This document shows positions 22,981 through 34,170 of a DNA stretch of 64,000 bases, in pieces. Below the pieces are notes generated by a model that was not told the origin of the DNA, ran no database searches, and worked only from the letters and a program-made list of their open reading frames with translations. The DNA lies in the NCBI GenBank assembly GCA_030390025.1, contig JASTWF010000035.1, forward strand, positions 3,038,001 through 3,102,000. The letters run 5' to 3'. Position 1 is the first letter of the stretch, and every line of letters begins with the position of its first letter. Origin of the DNA: Squalus acanthias. Its lineage: Eukaryota. The translations under genes were made by a program, and so were the position numbers.

Positions 22981-25890
22981 AGGGAGTGCTGCACTGTCGG
23001 AGGGGCAGTACTGAGGGCGTGCTGCACTGTCAGAGGGGCAGTACTGAGGGAGCGCTGCACTGTCGGAACGGGCAGTACTGAGGGAGTGCTGCACTGTCGG
23101 AGGAGCAGTACTGAGGCGCACTGCACTGTCGGAGGGGCAGTACTGAGGCGCACTGCACTGTCGGAGGGGCAGTACTGAGGGAGCGTCGCACTGTCAGAGG
23201 GACAGTACTGAGGGAGCGCTGCACTGTCGGATGGGCAGTACTGAGGGAGTGCTGCACTGTCGGAGGGGCAGTACTGAGGGAGTGCTGCACTGTCGGAGGG
23301 GCAGTACTGAGGGAGCGCCGCACTGTCGGAGGGGCAGTACTGAGGGAGCGCTGCACTGTCGGAGGGGCAGTACTGAGGGAGTGCTGCACTGTCGGAGGGG
23401 CAGTACTGAGGGAGCGCTGCACTGTCGGAGGGGCAGTACTGAGGGAGTGCTGCACTGTCGGAGGGGCAGTACTGAGGGAGCGTCGCACTGTCAGAGGGGC
23501 AGTACTGAGGGAATGCTGCACTGTCGGACGGGCAGTATTGAGGGAGCGCCGCACTGTCGGAGGGGCAGTACTGAGGGAGCGCTGCACTGTTGGAGGGGCA
23601 GTACTGAGGGAGCGCTCAGAGTCATAGATTTATACAGCACAGAAAGAGGCCCTTCGGCCCATCGTGTCCGTGCCGGCCATCAAGCCCTATCTATTCTAAT
23701 CCCATTTTCCAGCACTTGGTCCGTAGCCTTGTATGCTATGGCATTTCAAGTGCTCATCTAAATGCTTCTTGAATGTTGTGAGGGTTCCTGCCTCTACCAC
23801 CCTTTCGGGCAGTGAGTTCCAGATTCCAACCACCCTCTGGGTGAAAATGGTTTTTCCTCCAATCCCCTCTAAACCTCCTGCCCCTTACCTTGAAACTATG
23901 CCCCCTGGTTATTGACCCCTCTACTAAGGGGAAAAGTGCCTTTCTATCTACCCTATCTATGCCCCTCATAATTTTGTACACCTCAATCAGGTCCCCCCTC
24001 AGCCTTCTCTGCTCTGAGGAAAACAACCCCAGCCTGTCCAGTCTCTCTTCATAGCTGAAGCGCTGCAGCCCAGGTAACATCCTGGTGAATCTCCTCTGCA
24101 CCCTCTCCAATGCAATCACATCCTTCCTATAGTGTGGCGACCAGAACTGCACACAGTATTCCAGCTGTGGCCTAACTAGCGTTTTGTACAGCTCCATCAT
24201 AACCTCCCTGCTCTTATATTCTATGCCTCGGCTAATGAAGGCAAGTATCCCATATGCCTTCTTAACCACCTTATCTACCTGTCCTGCTGCCTTCAGAGAT
24301 CTATGTACATGCACACCAAGGTCCCTCTGATCCTCTGTCCTTCCTAGGGTCCTACCATTCATTTGTGTATTCCATTGCCTTGTTAGTCCTCCCAAAATGC
24401 ATCACCTCACACTTTTCAGGGTTAAATTCCATTTGCCACTGTTCTGCCCATCTAACCAACCCGTCTATATCGTCCTGTAGCCTGAGGCTTCCCTCCTCGC
24501 TATTTACCACTCCACCAATTTTCGTGTCATCTGCGAACTTACTGATCATACCTCCTACATTCATATCTAAATCATTAATGTACACTACAAACAGCAAAGG
24601 ACCCAGCACCGATCCCTGCAGTACACCACTGGACACAGGCTTCCAGTCACAAAAACAACCTTCGACCATCGCCTCCTGCCACTAAGCCAATTTTAGATCC
24701 AATGTGCCAAATTGCCCTGGATCCCATGGGCTCTTACCTTCCTGACCAGTCTCCCATGTGGGACTTTGTCAAAAGCCTTACTGAAGTCCATGTAGATTAC
24801 ATCAACTGCACTACCCTCATCCACACACCTAGTCACCCCGTCTCAAAATTCAATCAAATTGGTTAGACATGATATCCCACTGACAAAGCCATGCTGACTA
24901 TCCTTGATTAATCCTTGCCTCTCCAAGTGGAGATTAATTCTGTCCCTCAGAATTTTTTCCAATAATTTCCCTACAACTGATGTTAGGCTCACTGGCCTGT
25001 AATTCCCTGGTTTATCCCTACTACCCTTCTTGAATAATGTTGCACAGTTGGAGGGGCAGTACTGAGGGAGCACCGCACTGTCGGAGGGGCAGTACTGAGG
25101 GAGTGCGGCACTGTCGGAGGGTCAGTACTGAGGGAGCACCGCACTGTCGGAGGGGCAGTACTGAGGGAGCACCGCACTGTCGGAGGGGCAGTACTGAGGG
25201 AGCACCGCACTGTCGGAGGGATAGTACTGAGGGAGCGCCGCACTGTCGGAGGGGCAGTACTGAGGGAGCGCCGCACTGTCGGAGGGATAGTACTGAGGGA
25301 GCGCCGCACTGTCGGAGGGGCAGTACTGAGGGAGCGCTGCACTGTTGGAGGGGCAGCACTGAGGGAGCGCCGCACTGTCGGAGGGGCAGTACTGAGGGAG
25401 CGCTGCACTGTCGGAGGGGCAGTACTGAGGGAGCACTGCACTGTCGGAGGGTCAGTACTGAGGGAGCACTGCACTGTCGGAGGGTCAGTACTGAGGGAGT
25501 GCTGCACTGTCGGAGGGTCAGTACTGAGGGAGTGCTGCACTGTCGGAGGGGCAGTACTGAGGGAGCGCTGCACTGTCGGAGGGGCAGTACTGAGGGAGCG
25601 CTGCACTGTCGGAGGGGCAGTACTGAGGGAGCGCTGCACTGTCGGAGGGGCAGTACTGAGGGAGCACTGCACTGTCGGAGGGGCAGTACTGAGGGAGCAC
25701 TGCACTGTCGGAGGGGCAGTACTGAGGGAGCGCCGCACTGTCGGGGCAGTACTGAGGGAGCACCGCACTGTCGAACGTTCCGTCTTTGAAATGAGACGTT
25801 AAACTGAGGCCCAATCTGCCCTCAGGTGGATGTAAAAGATCTCATCGCACTATTGGAGGAACCGGGTGTGTTCTGCCACCATCCTGGCTG
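22980..25890 (+). repeat. Deu-domain SINE remnant with expanded 33-bp minisatellite, split by a CR1
   Basis: Unit cagtactgagggagcgctgcactgtcggagggg at 22980-23615 and 25038-25772, then ccgtctttgaaatgagacgttaaactgaggccc. Confidence 0.85.
23617..25037 (-). mobile_element. 5'-truncated CR1 LINE
   Basis: RT fragments 24843-25073, 24352-24669 and 23754-24395; (ctatgact)-type tail. Confidence 0.95.
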
Positions 25891-25965
25891 GTTGGTGCCT
25901 GGTCTATAATTGGTGATGAAAGCTTTTGGTTCCATGTCGTGTTGATTTGTTGCTTTGAATTTCAG

Positions 25966-26020
25966 GAAAGCTCAAGGAAAGATAGAAGCAGAAAAACGGA
26001 AGAAGGAGAGAATGAAATGG
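25966..26020 (+). CDS. Drebrin-family exon E ((R)KAQGKIEAEKRKKERMKW)
   Basis: tttcag|G AAA...TGG|gtgagt, 55 nt, phase 2-0, which exactly completes the phase of exon D. Confidence 0.85.
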
Positions 26021-26857
26021 GTGAGTGTGAACTCTCACTGTTTCTGGGTGAGTGTGAACTCTCACTGTTACCGGGTGAGTGTGAACTCTCACTGTTACCG
26101 GGTGAGTGTGAACTCTCACTGTTACCGGGTGAGTGTGAACTCTCACTGTTACTGGGTGAGTGTGAACTCTCTCTATTTCTGGGTGAGTGTGAACTCTCAC
26201 TGTTACTGGGTGAGTGTGAACTCTCTCTGTTTCTGGGTGAGTGTGAACTCTCTCTGTTTCTGGGTGAGTGTGAACTCTCACTGTTTCTGGGTGAGTGTGA
26301 ACTCTCACTGTTTCTGGGTGAGTGTGAACTCTCACTGTTTCTGGGTGAGTGTGAACTCTGACTGTTTCTGGGTGAGTGTGAACTCTCACCGTTACTGGGT
26401 GAGTGTGAACTCTCACTGTTACTGGGTGAGTGTGAACTCTCACCGTTTCTGGGTGAGTGTGAACTCTCACTGTTACTGGGTGAGTGTGAACTCTCACTGT
26501 TTCTGGGTGAGTGTGAACTCTCACTGTTACTGGGTGAGTGTGAACTCTCACTGTTTCTGGGTGAGTGTGAACTCTCACTGTTACTGGGTGAGTGTGAACT
26601 CTCACTGTTTCTGGGTGAGTGTGATCTCTCACTGTTACCGGGTGAGTGTGAACTCTCACTGTTTCTGGGTGAGTGTGATCTCTCACTGTTACCGGGTGAG
26701 TGTGAACTCTCACTGTTAGTGGGTGAGTGTGAACTCTCACTGTTACTGGGTGAGTGTGAACTCTCACTGTTACTGGGTGAGTGTGAACTCTCACTGTTAC
26801 TGGGTGAGTGTGAACTCTCACTGTTTCTGGGTGAGTGTGAACTCTCACTGTTACTGG
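26021..26857 (+). repeat. 27-bp tandem array of the exon E splice donor (31 units)
   Basis: Unit gtgagtgtgaactctcactgtt(t/a)c(t/c)gg; first donor 26021, last 26831, a distance of 30 x 27. Confidence 0.95.
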
Positions 26858-27190
26858 GACACTAGGGTTAATTTTGGCTTTGGGCAATAGTGTAGAACGC
26901 TGACGTCTCTCCCGAATTTCATTTCCATGAGATGATAAACGTGTGGCTGTTTCGCTATTGCCCAATTTACACTGGGCGTGAGGGAAGTATACTGGAATGG
27001 TTCATTTTTATAGAGCTCAGCACACTTTGTTGAAGTAACGATTGTTGCAGTTTGTATTAAAAGGTGGGGATTACTGTTAGACGTTGCCATGGTAATCGAT
27101 GGGCCTGATCTTTTATCATTTGATCCGGCTCTGCACTCGGGTTTCACAAACTGCAGAGTTTTTGCTTTTGGCTCCTTGACGTGACCGCAG

Positions 27191-27253
27191 GAGCCTTCGA
27201 AATGGTCCTGGAGACTCGGCCATTCGATGGGATTTCCTGGCTGTGAATTAGCT
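27191..27253 (+). CDS. Probable drebrin-family exon F (EPSKWSWRLGHSMGFPGCELA)
   Basis: ccgcag|GAG...GCT|gtgagt, 63 nt, phase 0-0, no stop, unique sequence between exons E and G; weak protein similarity. Confidence 0.6.
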
Positions 27254-27885
27254 GTGAGTTCACTGGGTTAGCGATGGGTTATCTGTGAGTTCACTGGGTT
27301 AGCGATGGGTTCGCTGTGAGTTCACCTGGGTTAGCAATGGGTTAGCTGTGAGTTCACTGGGTTAGCAATGGGTTATCTGTGAGTTCACCTGGGTTAGCAA
27401 TGGGTTATCTGTGAGTTCACTGGGTTAGCAATGGGTTATCTGTGAGTTCACTGGGTTAGCAATGGGTTATCTGTGAGTTCACTGGGTTAGCAATGGGTTA
27501 TCTGTGAGTTCACTGGGTTAGCGATGGGTTAGCTGTGAGTTCACCTGGGTTAGCGATGGGTTATCTGTGAGTTCACCTGGGTTAGCGATGGGTTAGCTGT
27601 GAGTTCACTGGGTTAGCTGTGAGTTCACTGGGTTAGCGATGGGTTAGCTGTGAGTTCACTGGGTTAGCGATGGGTTAGCTGTGAGTTCACTGGGTTAGCG
27701 ATGGGTTAGCTGTGAGTTCACTGGGTTAGCAATGGGTTAGCTGTGAGTTCACTGGGTTAGCAATGGGTTAGCTGTGAGTTCACTGGGTTAGCAATGGGTT
27801 CGCTGTGAGTTCACTGGGTTCGCTGTGAGTTCACTGGGTTAGCTGTGAGTTCACTGGGTTAGCGATAGGTTAGCTGTGAGTTCAC
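27254..27885 (+). repeat. ~31-bp tandem array of the exon F splice donor (~22 units)
   Basis: Unit gtgagttcactgggttagc(g/a)atgggtta(t/g)ct with 20- and 32-bp variants. Confidence 0.95.
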
Positions 27886-28548
27886 TTTTTTTTAAAATTT
27901 GCTTGTGAGATGTGGGCTTCGCTGGCAAGGCCAGCATTTATTGCCCATCCCTAATTGCCTTTGAGAAGGTGGTGGTGAGCCACCTTCTTGAACCGCTGCA
28001 GTCCATGTGGTGAAGGTACTCCCACAGTGCTGTTAGGGAGGGAGTTCCCGGATTTGACCCAGCGACGATGAAGGATCGGTGATGTATTTCCTCGTCAGAA
28101 TGGTGTGTGACTTGGAGGGGAACTTGGAGGTGGTGGTGTTCCCATGCGCCTGCTGACCTTGTCCTTCTAGGTGGAAGAGGTCGCGGGTTTGGGAGGTGCT
28201 GTCGAAGAAGCCTTGGCAAGTTGCTGCAGTGCATCTTGTAGATGGTACACACTGCAGCCACGGTGCGCCGGTGGTGGAGGGAGTGAATGTTTAAGGTGGT
28301 GGATGGGGTGCCAATCAAACGGGCTGCTTTGTCCTGGATGGTGTCGAGCTTCTTGAGTGTTGTTGGAGCTGCAACTCATCCAGGCAAGTGGAGAGTATTC
28401 CATCACACTCCTTACTTGTGCCTTGTAGATGGTGGAAAGGCTTTGGGGAGTCAGGAGGTGAGACACTCGCCACAGAATACCTAGCCTCTGACCTGCTCTT
28501 GTTGCCACAGTATTTATGTGGCTGGTCCAGTTAAGTTTCTGGTCAATG
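27886..28548 (-). mobile_element. 3' fragment of the LINE family at 11780
   Basis: Highly similar to 11780-12435. Confidence 0.9.
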
Positions 28549-29430
28549 GTGTCCCAACGGAAGAGCTCCCTCTTTCCCCAGTACTGGTGCCAGTGCCCCA
28601 TGAACTGAAACCCCTTCCTCCCACACCACACTTTGAGCCACACATTTAAACCTCTAATCTGTTTGTCCCTATGCTAATATGCACGTGGCTCAAGTAACAA
28701 TCCAGAAATTATTACCTGTGAGGTTCAGCGTTTTAATTTCGATCCTAGCTCCTCAAACTCTCTGAGCAGAACCTCATTCCTAGTTCTACCTATGTCATTG
28801 GTTCCTACATGGACCACGACAACTGGATCCTCCCCCTCCCACTCCAAGTTCTTCTCCAGCTGCGAGGATATATCTTTAACCCTGGCACCAGGCAGGCAAC
28901 ACAGCCTTCGTAACTCCCCGGTCACGGCTGCAGAGAACAGTATCCCTCTGAATATACTGTCCCCTACCACTACAACATTCCTTTTCACTCCCCCCACATG
29001 AATGGCCTTCTGTACCATGGTGCCATGGTCAGTTTGCTCATCCACCCTGCAGACTTTTCCCTCATCCACACAGGCAGCAAGAACCTAATACCTGTTGGTC
29101 AGGGCAAAGGCCGAGGCTCCTCCAGCACTACACCTGGGGTCCCCTTACCTGCCTGAGTTGCAGTCACGCCCTCCTGTCCCTGACCACTAACCAGACCTGT
29201 ACCACTACCTAACCTAAGGGGTGTGACTGCCTCCTGGTTCAAAGTGTCCAGATAACTCTCCCCATCCCTGATACCCCGCACTGTCTGCACCTCAGACTCC
29301 AGCTCAACAACTTTGAGCTGAAGTTCCTCGAGATGCAGACACTTACTACAGATGTGGTCGTCCAGGATCACAATGCTCTCCACAAAATCCCACATGCTGC
29401 AGTTGCGGCACACCACCTGCACGGCCAGCC
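28549..29430 (-). mobile_element. CR1 ORF1 remnant (zinc finger/leucine zipper plus SGNH esterase)
   Basis: CRNCSMW...CSKC...LQLKVVELE; VVVVGDS, CCLPGARVKD, VHVGTND. Confidence 0.85.
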
Positions 29431-29784
29431 CGATCTAACCTAGTTTTATTTATTTAATTAAAGTTCATGTATTTATTCAACTTAGCTTATAATTTTTAGT
29501 TTTGTAACTAATTACTTGATCTAGTTTAAGTTATAGGTGGATTAAATTAAATATTTGCCTATAACAAGAACCACTACAAGTTTTGGAGGCCAAAAAGCAA
29601 CACCTCTTTCCTCCTCGGAACCGAATTCCCACTCTCTCCAAATTCCCAACTTTTACACCAAATTCCCAACTTTTACACTCTGTTTACGATGCACTCCGTT
29701 TATGCCCACTCCATGCAACCACTCTGTGCGTCAGCAGATACTGTTTACTTTTATACACCTTTGAGCCACACCCAAGTTACAAGT

Positions 29785-29890
29785 AACAACAGAAAACGCT
29801 GGAAAAACTCAGCAGGCCAGGCAGCATCCGTGGAGAGAGAAACAGAGTTAACGTTTCAGGTCGAAGACCCTTCGTCAGAACTGGAAATAG
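29785..29890 (-). ncRNA. Terminus of a second Penelope-like family with a minimal hammerhead (29846-29882)
   Basis: AGUU-CUGACGA-A-GGGUC(uuc)GACCU-GAAA-CG-UU-AACU. Confidence 0.7.
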
Positions 29891-30359
29891 CAGGAAATGA
29901 AATAGATTTAAGGCACAAGTTACAAGTGCTGACTCAGCTCCCTGCTCACAGTGATTAGCGTCTGTTCAAGCAAACACTAACTGCTGGAGCACTGTTAACT
30001 GCCAATGACAGACAGTTTCTGTTAACTGTTGACTAACTTGCAGTTTCTTTTACAGTTTTTAAAGTTTTAAGTTAAATTCAAAATATTAAAGTAAATTTCA
30101 ATTTGAACCCTACTTACCAGAGTTTCCCAACATCTGCACTCTGTTTATGATGCATTCCATGCGACCACTATACCCTTATGAGTGTGATCGATCCCTTATC
30201 TTTTATTTCAATCCTATAGATTCTGTTTCTAACCTTCTGTTAGTTATGCCCCTTTTTTCTACTGCCCCCCGCAGAACCCCCCCCCACCCGGAGAAATAAA
30301 AAGCTGGTCTCAGTAAATGTGTGCGCATGTCTGTTGTTAATTTCTTGTGTGTTCCTCAG

Positions 30360-30468
30360 GAGGCGGTATCCCTGGTGTCGCTGCATTCTCTGAATCCACG
30401 AGAATTATTCAAGCAGAGGGAACCGTGTGTTTCAGAACATCTTCCCTGTCTGGGCTCCATCAGGACAG
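30360..30468 (+). CDS. Drebrin-family exon G (EAVSLVSLHSLNPRELFKQREPCVSEHLPCLGSIRT)
   Basis: ttcctcag|GAG...ACAG|gtatga, 109 nt, phase 0-1; NPRELFKQRE matches drebrin NPREFFRQQER and DBNL HPREIFKQKER. Confidence 0.88.
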
Positions 30469-30499
30469 GTATGACAGCTACATCCCAAAACAATCTCTT

Positions 30500-31120
30500 A
30501 CTCAGGATGCTACTTTTGAAAGTTATTGTTGAATCTGCTTCCACTGCCCTTTCAGGCAGTGCATTCCAGATCACAACATAAGAACATAAGAATTAGGAGC
30601 AGGAGTCGGCCATACGGCCCCTCGAGCCTGCTCCACCATTCAATATGATCATGGCTGATCCTCGATATCCACTCCACTTTACTGCCCTATCCCCATATCC
30701 CTTGATTCCCTTAGTGTCCAAAAATCTATCGATCTCAGTGTTGAATATACTCATCGACTGAGCATCCACAGCCCTCTGAGAATTCCAAAGGTTCACAACA
30801 ATTCGCTGTGTAAAAGAATTCTCCTTGTCTCCTCCCTGGTTCTTTTCAGATAGTAACTTTCAAAAGGGAATTGGATAAATACTAGAAAGGAAAAAATTGC
30901 AGGGCTATGGGGAAAGAGCGGGGGAGTGGAACTAATTGGATAGCTCTACCAAAGAGCCGGCACAGGCACGATGGACTGAATGGCCTCCTTCTGTGCTGTT
31001 TCATTCTATGATTCTAATTCTGGGCGCCACAGTTTAGGAAGGATGTCAAGACCTTCTCTGCTCTAAGGAACACAACCCCAGCTTCTCCACATAACTGTAG
31101 TCCCTCAGCCTTGGTACCCC
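30500..31120. mobile_element. Cluster of short CR1 3' fragments in both orientations
   Basis: CR1 3' UTR stem-loop and tails at 30577-30800 (-) and 30850-31017 (+). Confidence 0.8.
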
Positions 31121-31123
31121 ACA

Positions 31124-31586
31124 GGGGTAGCATTGTGGTTATATTACTGGATTAGTAATCCAGAGGCCCAGACTAATGATCCAGAGATGTGAGTTCAAAT
31201 CCCACCTCAGCAGCTGGGGAATTTAAATTTGGAATTAAAAAGCAAGTATCAGTAATGGTGACCATAAAACTACCGGATAGTCGTAAAAACCCATCTGGTT
31301 CACGAATGTGCTTTAGGAAGTAAATCTGCTGTCCTTACCTGGTCTGGCCTGTATGTGACTCCAGTCCCACAGTAATGTGGTTGACTCTGAAATGCCCTAG
31401 CAAGCCACTCAGTTGTAACAAACCACTGTGACAAAGTCAGCACTGTGGGAGTACCTTCACCGCAAGGACTGCAGCGGTTCAAGAAGGTGGCTCACCACCA
31501 CCACCTTCTCAAGGGCAATTAGGGATGGGCAATAAATGCTGCCTTGTCAGTGATGCCCACATCCCAGGAACAAATATAAAAAAAAA
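31124..31586 (+). mobile_element. tRNA-derived SINE made of the 5' and 3' ends of the LINE at 11780-19398
   Basis: A box tagcattgtgg, B box gagttcaaatccc; body matches rc of 19067-19398; tail matches rc of 11780-11925; poly(A). Confidence 0.85.
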
Positions 31587-31833
31587 TTCTAGTAAATCTC
31601 CTCTGCACCCACTCCAAGGCCTTGACATCCTTCCTGAGGTGCAGTGCCCAGAACAGGACACAGTACGCCAGCTGGGGCCCAACCAGTCATCAGCACAACT
31701 TCCTTGCTTTTGACCTCCATGGAATTTTTCCCTAAAAAAAAAACCATGTGGATTTGGAGCATGAAGGCAGTTAAATGGTTAAAGGGATTCCTGACCTGAT
31801 CCCGACCTGATCCCGCCCACGTCCGGTTTTCAC

Positions 31834-33264
31834 AGAATCATAGAACGTTACAGCACGGAAGGAGGCCATTTCGGCCCATCGTGTCCGCGCCGGCCAACAA
31901 AGAGCTATCCAGCCTAATCCCACTTCCCAGCTCTTGGTCCGTAGCCCTGCAGGTTACAGCATCCCAAGAGCACATCCAAGTACTTTTTAAATGTGGTTAG
32001 GGTTCCTGGCTCTACCACCCTTTCAGGCAGTGAGTTCCAGACCCCCACCACCCTCTGGGTGAAGAAATTTCCCCTCAAATCCCCTCTAAACCTTCCCCCA
32101 ATTACTTTAAATCTGTGCCCCCTGGTTTTTGACCCCTCTGCTAAGGGAAATAGGTCCTTTCTATCCACTTTATCTATGCCCCTCATAATTTTATACACCT
32201 CAATAAGGTCTCCCCTCAGCCTCCTCTGTTCCAAGGAAAACAGACCCAGCCTATCCAGTCTTTCCTCATAGCTAAGATTCTCTACTCCCGGCAACATCCT
32301 TGTAAATCTCCTCTGTACCCTCTCTAGTGCAATCACATCTTTCCTGTAATGTGGTGACCAGAACTGCACGCAGTACTCTAGCTGAGGCCTAACTAGTGTT
32401 TTATACAGTTGAAGCATAACCCCCCTGCTCTTGTATTCTATGCCACAGCTATTAAAGGCAAGCATTCCGTATGCCTTCTTAACCACCTTATCTACCTGGC
32501 CTGCTGCCTTCAGGGATCTGTGGACATGCACTCCAAGGTCCCTTTGTTCCTCTACACTATTCAGTGTCCGACAATTTAATGTGTATTTCCTTTCCTTGTT
32601 AGCCCTCCCCAAATGCATTACCTCACACTTCTCCGGATTGAATTCCATTTGCCACTGTTCTGCCCACCTGACCAATTTATTGATAGCTTCCTTCTTCAGT
32701 ATCAACCACACAGCCGATTTTAGTATCATCTGCAAACTTCTTAATCATACCCCCTATATTCAAGTCTAGATCATTGATGTATACCACAAAAAGCAAGGGA
32801 CCTAGTACTGAGCCCTGCAGAACCCCACTGGAAACAGCCTTCTAGTCACAAAAACACCCATCAACCATTACCCTCTGCTTCCTGTCTCCGAGCCAGTTTT
32901 GAATCCAACTTGACACTTTGCCCTGGATCCCATGGGCTTTTAACTTCGTGACCAGTCTGCCATGTGGAATCTTATCAAAAGCCTTGCTAAAGTCCATATA
33001 CACTACATCAAACGCACTACCCTCATCTACCCGCCTTGTTACCTACTCAAAAAATTCAATCAAGTTTGTCAGACACGACCTTCCCTTAACAAATCTGTGC
33101 TGACTATCCTTGATTAATCCGTGTCTTTCTAAATGAAGATTTATCCTGTCCTTCAGAATTCTGTCCAATAATTTTCCCAGCACCGAGGTTAGGCTGACTG
33201 GCCTATAATAACTCAGTCTATCCTTTTCTCCCTTTTTAAACAAGGGTACCACATTAGCAGTCCT
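31834..33264 (-). mobile_element. 5'-truncated CR1 LINE
   Basis: RT fragments 33043-33330 and 31914-32735. Confidence 0.92.
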
Positions 33265-33275
33265 CATAGAGTCAT

Positions 33276-34170
33276 GGGGGTAGAAATTAGGTTGCGCCCC
33301 ATTTGGGGCGCAAATATCGTCTGGACGCAAATATTAGCGCCTGGCGCTAATTATCGGCACTGACTGGAAACTTCACTTTTACCGCCCCGGGAGGTGAGTG
33401 GAGCGCTAAAGCAGGCGCTGCACACCTGTCTTAAGGCGCAAAGGCCGAGCAGTGAGGCGCTAACTCAGAGTGCTGGCGAAGCTCATGTAATGTCAGTCAG
33501 CAATGGAACACACACACAATGGCACGGGCCAGTTCTTAAAGGGGATGGTTAATCTTGCTTTCCATCCACATCCTGTTCATTGCAGCCTTGAATCTCGGCC
33601 TGGAGAGACTTGCACATCAAATGTGCTGGAAAGAACAATGGAGAGTACCAGGCAAAGAGCTCAGAGTGCAGCTCCCACAGTCTCTGCTAAATCGATACAA
33701 GGAATGGCAAATCAAAATGAACCTGCAAAGTGCTGCTCAGTACCCAAAACTCCTTCACACAACGTTGAATCTCTCCAGAAGTCTCTCCCTCTCTCTCTCA
33801 GAATGCGTAGTTCAAAAATGCCACCAACAATAAAAGACAGGAAGAGGCCCCCTTTAAATAGCGCCCCCCCCCAGCCCCACAGCGATTGATAGCGTTCCAG
33901 TCTTCTGGTCGTTGGAAGCGCCAGGCGGTAAGGCAGGGGGCGCCACTCAATTTCCGCGCCGGGGCGCCACAAGGGCGTTGCACCATGGAATGACGTCACA
34001 ATCTGCGCGCGCAGGTGGTCGCAGCGGTAAGTTTTAGTGCCGCCGCACAATGTCAAGTTAAGTTCCCGAGCGGCGCAAACATCGCTGCGCCCGGGCGTTA
34101 GCGGCTTTGCGCCCCATTAGCGCCCTCTTAAGGCGCTAACGGGAGGCGCAACCAACTGAATTTTTACCCC
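33276..34170. mobile_element. Harbinger-type MITE inserted in a CR1 microsatellite tail
   Basis: TIR ggggtagaaatt / aatttttacccc; repeated subterminal tagcgcc/ggcgcta; target catagagtcat|atagagttat. Confidence 0.8.

Noticed and set aside
26021..27885. CRISPR-like appearance of the regular repeats
   Set aside because: No unique spacers, no cas genes, vertebrate context
31124..31215. tRNA gene
   Set aside because: It is a SINE head; no convincing cloverleaf
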